Part shown: positions 38,301 through 47,148 of the stretch, one piece after another
Numbering within the stretch: position 1 is the stretch's first letter
Layout of the letters: every line of letters begins with the position of its first letter
Origin: Amoebophrya sp. A120
Taxonomy: Eukaryota; Protista; Dinoflagellata
Length of the DNA stretch: 64,000 bases
Direction of reading: 5' to 3'
Assembly (NCBI GenBank): GCA_905178155.1
Contig: CAJINV010000001.1
Coordinates: 8,817,642 to 8,881,641, forward strand
Program-made: the position numbers and the translations under genes
Notes under the pieces: model-generated
Database searches by the model: none
Seen by the model: the letters and a program-made list of their open reading frames with translations, nothing else
What the model was told of the DNA's origin: nothing

Positions 38301-38573
38301 TTCCAACTTTCCAGACCCAGACATTTTTGCAATCCATATCGGCAAGCCCAGCACGAAACCCCGTTTCCGACAAAAATTGCTCCTGCAGTGCAACTATGCA
38401 TTGCAAAATTATCGTACTAGTATAAATTGCATCACAAATTTTTTCAAGAAGAAAAATGGAATTTGTAATGCTGATTTACCCAAAAAGGGATATTTGTCAT
38501 GCATGATAGCAATTACTACGAGTACGATACTTTTGCACAGGATAGCAACAACGCCGGATGGGGCTATTTTTAG
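35330..38573 (+). CDS. SHIPPO-repeat / ODF3-like (STPG, PGPG-x-Y) ciliary-type protein (5' boundary approximate)
   Basis: Repeated EPGPGAY, VPGAGTY, SPGPAYD, IGPGQYD and VPGPGMYD motifs across small exons. Five TSD-flanked elements must be removed to read through to the stop at 38571-38573. Confidence 0.75.
36775..37036. mobile_element. TIR introner-like element (family A, opposite orientation to 32032-32293), TSD GGGGT
   Basis: TATGAACTGCAAAAGTGTCTGGGTCTGGAAG ... CTTCCAGACCCAGACAGTTTTACATTTGATA; removal gives SFGLGF|EAYQR. Confidence 0.92.
37094..37406. mobile_element. TIR introner-like element (family C), TSD CTGGG/CAGGG
   Basis: TATTGTGAGGCAAAATCCCCCCTTCCCATATCGAAAC ... GTTTTGATATGGGAGGGGGGATTTTTCATTTTGATA. 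Confidence 0.85.
37715..37973. mobile_element. TIR introner-like element (family A), TSD CGGGC/CTGGC
   Basis: TATCAAATGCAAAAATGTCTGGGTCTGGAA ... TTCCAGACCCAGACATTTTTGCAATCCATA; removal gives VPGP|GMYD. Confidence 0.9.
38077..38338. mobile_element. TIR introner-like element (family A), TSD TCGGC
   Basis: TATCAAATGTAAAAATGTCTGGGTCTGGAA ... TTCCAGACCCAGACATTTTTGCAATCCATA; removal gives IKFG|KPSTKPRF. Confidence 0.92.
38395..38544. mobile_element. TIR introner-like element (family D), TSD GCAAC
   Basis: TATGCATTGCAAAATTATCGTACT ... AGTACGATACTTTTGCACAGGATA; removal gives LQCN|NAGWGYF*. Confidence 0.9.
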
Positions 38574-39548
38574 TTGCGGAGTTCTTGCTTTTTTCAAGTT
38601 GGTGTGCTTTGATTTCAATCTGAACGCGATAACATCAACGACTTGTTGCCGCCAGAAAAAGGCCAATGTCTTTTAGAAATGCAAAATTATAAATTTTACA
38701 GTAAATGCTCTTGTGGTGCTTTTTCTTTTTGTGAGCCAACGAAGGCTGCACGCCAGCGATCTCCGTATGCTGACGAAGGTGGAGCTTGTTGCAAGCTGTA
38801 ATGTTGTCAAAGCAACATCGTCGGCATGGAGATGATCATCATTGGCCGGGACAAGTGCAAGACAGTAGAGCGGCTTTTACTTTATTCAAAAACACATTAT
38901 TCAATCTCAATGAACAACAAACTCTCCGTTTCCTTTTTCCTTTTATCTATCGCTATCGCAGAACCGAATCCGAAATGTTTAAGTGTAAGTGAACTCCTGA
39001 AGATGATCCATCAACAAGAACTTGTAAGAAATATGGTACATCATCGAAACCTGTAGGGTCTTCCTCTTCCCCGTTCCGAGGTAGGGACTCTGCTGGTTGA
39101 TGTGGATGGCAACAGCACGGCTCGCATTTTTCAAACAAAAACTGTACATAGGATTGTGGTGTAACAAAATACACGGGGATGAAACCTGTATACTAAAGAA
39201 GGAAGATACGACTGCACAGCTCTTATTTGTGCGGTTGCACTGGGCTAGAAACACGATGTCCCCTTCGGCTGGCGTGGTCGCTGAAACGAGTAAGATTATC
39301 GACGAAGGATGTGGCTCCGAGATCATTGATTCGTTCGCATCAAACGCCACCCTCAAGCGAAATTTCAAATTCAGGCGATCTCATTTACGATCGAAAAAAG
39401 CCGACGATCTTTTGCTTCTAGTGTGAAAGATCATTGTGATCCATGGGATCTTAAAGTGCCCGAATCGATCTTGGTCTTGCTCGATGGTGTTGGTGATATT
39501 GAAAAAGATAGATCCTCATCCTCCACGATAGATTGATTTTGATATAGC

Positions 39549-39851
39549 AAGAGGATCGACCACACCATCCTGCACGACACCTCCTCGACGGGGATATGGA
39601 GGCCGCACGCATGGAAGGCGAAAACTTGCGGTTGGAACCCAGGCGCGTCACCGGAGCGGGTGCCCCAGGACGGGGGGCACCCGAACAGGTATAATTCCAC
39701 TTCATACACATGCGGTTTTTTGGAGAATGAGGACCATCACTCTCATGCTGGCGCGGTTGCTTCCCCCCCATACAACACCCAGGTCCATTTCCACCACACG
39801 GGCAGCATGACCATCGATCGCTACTACGGCCACGGGGCGTCGCGGTGGTGA
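39549..39851 (+). CDS. Terminal exon of a small hypothetical gene (upstream exons unresolved, about 38760-39420)
   Basis: GC-rich open frame after a TAG acceptor-like site, ending ...RYYGHGASRW*; no recognisable domain. Confidence 0.3.
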   Translation, partial: KRIDHTILHDTSSTGIWRPHAWKAKTCGWNPGASPERVPQDGGHPNRYNSTSYTCGFLENEDHHSHAGAVASPPYNTQVHFHHTGSMTIDRYYGHGASRW

Positions 39852-40368
39852 TTGGACGGAACATCTGGAAACGGCACCATGGGAATTTGTTGATCGATGA
39901 ACGGAGAAACGACAACGAACAGAAGATGAAATCTTGAAATCCGGATCGAAGACACAATGACATTTGGATGCTGAATAGAAAAAATTATTATTGGAAAGGA
40001 ACTCATCCTGCTGACGAAAGAATCTTGAAACCTAGATTCTCTTCAACCTCTCTTTGTATTTGAACGATCGAAAAAATATCTCACTTCGAACAGATTTCAT
40101 TAGAATATGTAATTCGGTATTTTATCACTCTGTTGGTTTTTTTGAAGAAAGAAAGAATCGGATCAGGAAATTGTTTTTATTGCGAAAGCAGTTGTCGTTG
40201 CAAATCTAGGAGTCTCTTGTTGTTTATCACTATTTAGAAAAAATCGAAGGTTATACTTTTATAGGAATAGTCTGGTGAAATTGATGGCAATGAGATCGGA
40301 GATGAAGAGATGGCGATCAAGTTGGACACTTTTAGGGCCTTGAACATTTGATGCCGTGCCCGGGCACG

Positions 40369-40370
40369 GA

Positions 40371-40422
<52 letters not shown>
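40369..40422. repeat. (GAAA)13 microsatellite
   Basis: Perfect tetranucleotide run, immediately preceded by the 16-bp palindrome CCGTGCCCGGGCACGG. Confidence 0.95.
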
Positions 40423-40615
40423 GGATCAGGCGAGATCACGACCTATGAATCTATCAGTTCTTTTCGAAAGAGTAACAGTAAGAGCAGGTGTTGCATGTTG
40501 AGTGAGGACAGGTCATTTTTCCCCGAAAACGACCTTAGCAGCAACTGCAACAAAACAATGTTGCGATGCGCTACTAGTTAATTTCTACTTTAATTACGTG
40601 CACACGACAGAAATC

Positions 40616-43600
40616 ATGAAAGCGGAAATGTCTTCTTCGAGCTCCGCAAGCGGTCAGGTCGTGCGAGGAGCGAATCCGCGCACGGCTCAGCGGCAGCGCC
40701 TGGTGGATGAGCAGATTCGTCGCGCCGAGCAGGATCTCCACTGGTGGACACCAGGGCCTGAGGATTCGCAGCGGAACCAAGATGTTTGGCTTTCCAATCC
40801 TTTTGCCGTCGACGCACTGATGCTGCAGCGACACCAGGTGAACCAGTCGCAAGAACAAAGCCGCTATTTGAAAGAGATGGTAAAACATCAAGATCAAGCT
40901 CCTTCGTCGGGCTCTGGTCTTGCATCGAGTGCAGCAGAGCCTCACTACCGCTCCCTTCTCAAAGAGGCGCATCCGCCGTGGTACGAGTGGGCCACCGGCG
41001 CCTTCACAAACGCAGCCTTCAACGAAGTCGATCGGTGGGTAGCGCGCGGCGCCGGACCTTGTCCGTGTTTTATCCACGAGCGTGCTGCAGAAGGTGGAGG
41101 TGCTCCTTCTTGTTCAAATGCACAAGAGGATCAGCTGGGAACGCGGCCAACGTCGTCCGCCGATTCTTGTAAAAGGCAAAATGAAAATACTAAATCGACT
41201 TCAAATATCACCACGTACAACGATCTGCTGCTGCACTCGAGCTTTGCTGCTTCCGAGCTTTTCTCCAAATTGGAACTTCCGGATCGCGTGTTAATCGTCG
41301 GACCGAATATCTTATCAAATGCAAAAAGTCTGGGTCTGGAAGAAAACAAACGTGTGATGCGCATTTTAGAACACAGAAAAATCTCTCATGCATAGGTAGC
41401 AAAAGCTGCCTGCTTTCTGTCACCAAAATGGGGGACTTGTCATGCGGATTCGGCATTGCGGAAGCTTCTCGAAACCTGTGATGCTAAAGCTTCCATGCCA
41501 GACCTTTTGTGTCATGCAAAAACAGCATACTCTTCCAGACCCAGACATTTTTACATTTGATACATCTACGACCACGTGGTGTTTGCCGAGGCGTGCAAGC
41601 GCAAGGGCCTCGTGTACACCTGTCTGCCCGAAACCATATCCGCCGAGATCGCCATCGACCGCATGAAGCAACTGGACGTGGCCGCGGTCGTCATCCTGTT
41701 CCCTTCAACAAACGCGGAGCTGCACCCGGTGGGTGGGTGCTTCATGCCCAGCACACAACCCTTGCTCGCCGAAATCGACACAGATGAGGCGGAGGCGAAG
41801 GTGATCGTGCAAAGAACAGAGGAGTACAACGCCGCAGAGGACACTAGCTCTTGGGTTCCTGCAACAGACGAAGTAGAAAGTAGGAAGCGCGTGAAAATTA
41901 CGAACGGTGCACCGGAATTTTTATCTGCCCCTTCATCATCGTCCACATCGTCTTCACCACCTCTGGCAGCCCCCACCCGCGGGAACGCGAGCTCGAATAG
42001 CATGACAAACCTACTCGACCTGGCAGTGAAACTGGCGCGCCGGGAAGACGAAAAGAAGCGGCCAAAGTTCCAAGTTTTTGTTTCGGATCTGGAGACGTTC
42101 AAGAACTCCGGGCGGATGCGGCAGGGGGAGTACTGCAAAGCACTAAAAAAGTTCGTGTGTATCAAGACGTTCGTAGAACAAAGCGAAAAGATGAAACGGG
42201 CGCGAATGTACTTCAACCTGGCACGGCAGCTGCTCCATCCGGGGACCAGCCGTGCGGCGCTGAGGGAAATGCAAACCAATCGCCTCGAGTACGATTCTGC
42301 CGGAGTAAAGAAAGACAGTGACAAGAACGCCGCTTCCACGATGACGCTCCAGTCGCTCCTGCTATCTAGAACGGAAATAGCGCAAGACGCTGGCTCACTA
42401 TCAGTAATATCTTCCGGTACAGATGAGAAGACGCAAAGCCAAAGTAGCAACAGCACTAAGGAAGAGCTCGACCGTGTCGATGTCCTGCTGCGACGCCATT
42501 TTTGCCAGAGGCAAACCCTTTTCGCGGACCATAACACTACTGCTGCTGGCGTGGAGAAAATACACTCTACCCGCAAAAGAAGTGAAGGAAGCTCGGACAC
42601 TGATGAGTCATCAAGTCGTGATTGTGCAGCATCTAGTTTTAGTACTCCGACTCCAACTACTTCATCTTCATCAGCATCGCCTGACTCTGCATCAAATGGG
42701 GCAACGAACACAAAACCTTCCTCGCTTATCCCGCTTACATTTTACGAGTACTGTTGCACGCACTTCGGTTCGCCGGTTCCGGTCCACCCCTCGTACCCGT
42801 TGTTCATCGTTTACACCAGCGGCTCCACCGGCCCGCCGAAGCCTATCGTGCACACCCACGGCAGTTTATTGATGGGCGTCTGTGCCTCCATGAATGAGAT
42901 TTTTGCGGAAAAGACGAACGACAACGACCTTTGTTCATCTGAAGTGTTGGACACCAGGGCAAAAAACATCGTAGAAGCGGGCGCGACGTCTTCGGGTACT
43001 GAAACTGTCGAAAACGAGGGCCGTGCTGTCACGGCTCCTGGCGCTTCTACAACTGCGACGGTCGTCCGCACCCACAGTGCGAGGAAGTTCCGCGACAACG
43101 ACAAATTTCTTGTCCTGGCTACGCCGGCGTGGATCACGGGGCAGAGCTACATGATCACCGGTGCGCTGGCGATGGGGATTCCATCTGTGCTGCTCGAAGG
43201 TTCACCCACAACCCCGTCGCCGACGCGCTTCGCCGAGGTCATTCAGCGGAATGGCGTCACGCTGTTCAAGGCCGGGAGCACCTTTCTCCGGGGCGTCATG
43301 GCCGATTTTTTTCAACGAAAGAAGAAGACACAAGAAGGCGATGCTGTCCCTTGTCCAGATGGAGGCACGACGGCACTTGAAGGCGTGTTGGAGCAGGAGC
43401 CCAAGGAGCAAGAGGAAACGAGCCAAGAGCCTTGTTGTAAAAGTACATCTCGTCGTCCGGCGCTTTCGCTCAAGCAGATGTGTCAGACGCTTCGCGCCGG
43501 CGTGTTCTGCGCGGAGCCGGTCAGCCCCGTAGTGCATGAGTTTGCAGTCGAAAACTTGTGCGCGAACTACCGAAACTGCTACTGGGGCACCGAGCACGGG

Positions 43601-46600
43601 AGCATCGTCTTTGCGTCACCCGAAGTGGTCACGCCGGGAGAAGTCGGCATGCGTCCGCTCCCCTGGGTCGCGGTCCAGCATCCGAAGAGATCTATGGGAG
43701 CGAATTTTCCTGCATGCAGATGCAGCTCCGATGATCAGGACCGAAGCAGTACCGCTCCTGACCAAGAAGCCGGTGTTGCTGGACGAGTTCCTGTCGACGC
43801 GGAAAGGAAAAGCGCCCCTCGTCAGCCCCAAGAACCAATTACAGACGCCCTCGTCGAGCAGGAACATGAAGCTGCCGCCACTAATGTAGTCGATCTGCGT
43901 CTCGACCTGTCCGACCGTGGGATCCCGTTTCCCTCCCTGGCACAAACCGTCTGGGGAGATTTGAAAGGGTTCGAGCTGCAGCCAGGTGATATCGAGGAGC
44001 AGCGCTCCACCGCCTACGGACGCGCTTTCCCTACCGTCGTCCTGTCGCAGAAAATCGTGAACCGCTGGCGGGGGAATCTCCGGTTGTGGAAGCAAACGTA
44101 CTTTCCAGAGCTGTGGGCGCGCGAAGAAAGGGAAACGAAGTTGCGGCGTGGTGGGGCTGCAGTCGCCGGTGGCTCAGGATTTGGTACGACCGGGGACCGC
44201 GGCCATCATTCACGTTGTAGTGCACCTACTGAAGATGTTGGAGAAAACAACAACGAGCCGCAGAGTTCAACACCATCTTCTTCCAGCAGTTTCTGTCGCA
44301 AAGATCCCGTAGAAGAACCGCCTGTGGTGAGTTTCGTGCAGGGCGACTCCGTCTACTACGACGAAACAGCCGATCTGTACTATTTCCGCGGTCGCAGCGA
44401 CGATGTGCTTAATGTCGGCGGTGTGCGGGTTGGCACCGGCGAGATTGAGTCTGCCTTGCTGCAGAAGCAAAAATCGGCAAAGCTCTGCGTCGCAGCCGCT
44501 CCGGACAAGCTCGCCGGCCAGGTGCCGGTCGTGTTCTACGAAAGAAACAAGAACTCCGCAGCTGGGAACAGTATGAGCGAAAGTCAACAATCGCTAGACT
44601 TTTCCGCTCTGCGGGAAGCGGTGCGAGTCTATGTCGGCTCCGCCGCGGTGCCGAGGTATTTCATTCCTTTGAACCAGCTGCCGAGCACTATCACGGGGAA
44701 GTTTACGCGCGGTCTGCTGAAAAAGATGCTCGAAGACGTCGAGTACCAGCCCGCATCGGTGGCAACGTTGCAAAACGCCGCAAGTGTATTGCAAGACCTG
44801 AGACGCGCGATCAAAAAGCACTTTCTACTGATGGATGTGAACGAGGAAGAAGATGAAGTAGATCGACACGACCCTGGTCGAGTACATCAGAAGAGAGCTT
44901 CTGAGAAGGAAAAAGATGCTGACGAAGCAGGAGATCATTTTCTCGTCTTTGAAAGCGACGATCTGCACCGGCTACTGCAGGACCAGGGCTACGCGCAAAG
45001 CGTCCCCCTCATTCAGCTCGGGCTGGACTCGATGGATCTGACCAGATTGCGCGACTCGCTCGCGCAGAACTACGATATCCGCTTTCCAAACACGTTTGGC
45101 GCGGGCGTAAACAGCCTCCAGAGTCAAACGCTTGAACAGCTCCGGGAGCTCGCCGACCAGAGTTTGGAAAAGCAAGGCTTGCGGAAACGCATACTAGCGA
45201 ACAGTTGGAGTCCTGTTGCAACAGGCGCAGCTGGTGACCACCAGGCCCAAACGGAAAAATCGGAAGGTCCTTTATCTCAGTCAACTACCGCTGATGTGTG
45301 CGCGCTGCACCTCAACACCAGCTGTAAGAAAAGTAGCGCGACCCAACGCGACAGCACCCTTCCTCCAGCGAGAAATGATGCTGTCGCCACACTGCCGGCG
45401 CACGCGAGGGAGCGAGACCTTCCAGAGTACGATGTGGAAGATCCGAATAAGAAGTACTTCTTCTGCAAGAAACAGCAGCGCAACATACCGATTTTGCAGT
45501 ACACGACAAAGTTCGGAGGCCTCAAAGCCTGCAAGGTGGGCGATCTGAAGCACGTTGTCAACTTGCTGATGGACGCTGACCAGAAACTACTCAAGCATCT
45601 CGAAGAGGGAAGTAGAAAAACACAAGAACATTGGGACCCACGCTTTTACCGGTGCCGCAACGACTCGAATGCGTTACACTGGGCCTGCACGTCGGGAAAC
45701 CTCACACTGGTGAAGCTGCTGCTCGACTGGATTTTTCTGCAGGACAGTAAGGATAATCATGGCAAGAACCTGGGGGACACGGTTCTGAACCACAAAAACA
45801 AGGAGGGGCGCACACCCGTGATGTTTGCGTGCAAGTACGGGCATCTGGAGGTCGTCAAATACCTGTATACCCTCGCGGAAGAGGAAAGGAAACGGGAAAA
45901 GGCGGGGAAGATGCATCTATTCCGCAACTCCGTACGCGGCACGTTCCAGCTCAGTCCGGAGCCTCTGGAGCCTGCTGTGATCCACCACCTCCGGATCGCG
46001 AACTTCGAGGTGGAGTCCAACGATGGCAGCAACGCGTTTGACTGGGCAATGTACTCCGGCAATCTGGACTTGATCACGTACCTGTGCGACATGCGCCCGG
46101 ACGCGCTGCTCCGCCGCAACAAGTTCGGGTGCGCCGCCGTCCACTGGGCGGCCAGCGGCGGCCGGGTGCCGGTGCTGCAGTGGCTGGCGCGGGTGGGCGA
46201 GGCAGAGGGGAAAGCGCGCAATAACGCCTATGTCGATATCTTCAACGACGCCGGCCATTCCGCAGTGTCGAAGGCTGCCTGGTTTGGGCACCGGGGCGCA
46301 CTGGAATTTCTGTTGCTCGGAGAGGAAGAGGAGGTATCGCCCACTGCAGCACACGCGGCGACGGCGACCGACGCTCTTGCACAAAAATGCAGTCCGGCCG
46401 TTCGGAGATTGAATCTCAAATGGCAACTCGCCGTACCTGACGCAACGGGGCTGACTCCCATCGACCTCGCCCGCATGGGGCAACACCCGGAACTCGCGAC
46501 TTGGCTCCAGGGTTTGCCCATTCCAGACGTCGAGTGGAGTTATCAGGAAGCTGTGGACGCGGGAAGCGGAGACATGAAAAAGACGGTTGTGATCACAAGC

Positions 46601-46615
46601 ATTCGAGACGTGTGA
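40616..46615 (+). CDS. Acetyl-CoA-synthetase-like adenylation domain + phosphopantetheine carrier domain + ankyrin repeats (about 1914 aa)
   Basis: WYEWATGAFTNAAFNEVDRW (AcsA N-terminal-like), YTSGSTGPPKPIVHTHG, AWITGQSY, AEP, YWGTEHG, GDS...FRGRSDDVLNVGGVRVGTGEIESAL and LPSTITGK; carrier motif LGLDSM; ankyrin repeats NALHWAC, GRTPVMFAC, GSNAFDWA, GCAAVHWAA, GHSAVSKAA and GLTPIDLA. ORFs 40502 and 41576 join in frame (PNIY|DHVV) after removing element 41313-41562. Confidence 0.85.
41313..41562. mobile_element. TIR introner-like element (family A) in the adenylation-domain gene, TSD TATCT/CATCT
   Basis: TATCAAATGCAAAAAGTCTGGGTCTGGAAG ... CTTCCAGACCCAGACATTTTTACATTTGATA. Confidence 0.92.
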
Positions 46616-47148
46616 TGCAGCTGCTTAAGATCTCGATTCATGCACGACATCCCGATCAGATTGTATTCCGGAAAGCCTGTGTAGACTAGTTCTAGATCTA
46701 GTTGTGTAAGTACAACTTTTCTTCCTATATTACTCTATTCCTTCGTGTGAAGTAGACACGAAACAGCGACACCCAGCACATCCGATTACTGAAAATGGTG
46801 CGGTAGTTGTTACACCGACACCAAAAACTAAAACGGAAGAAGGACGAAAGTTCAACCAAGAGTCACGATCTCAATGCAGCTACAACTGCTGCTGGCGCAG
46901 ATGTTCTCCTCCGTTTGTCCGTGCTCGATTTTGCCTGTCCTTGACACTTCAGCTGCGTGTGTAGTTCGCTGAAGCGCTGTACTTAGCAGGATCAGACAGC
47001 GTTACCTTCATGTTTTCATCTGGATCTTCATGTCATTCGATAGCCCACTCATCTCTCGCTCTTCTCAACATCAACTGGAATCAGTATACACTTCTCAGTT
47101 GAAGAGCGAAATCTAACAGAAGAAACTGAGCAAACAAGAAACTGAAAC

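Noticed and set aside
26920-41562. Recurrent peptides such as [20 protein letters not shown] and LPDPDIFAF as a protein family
   Set aside because: These are read-throughs of the family A TIR in different frames, not coding sequence.
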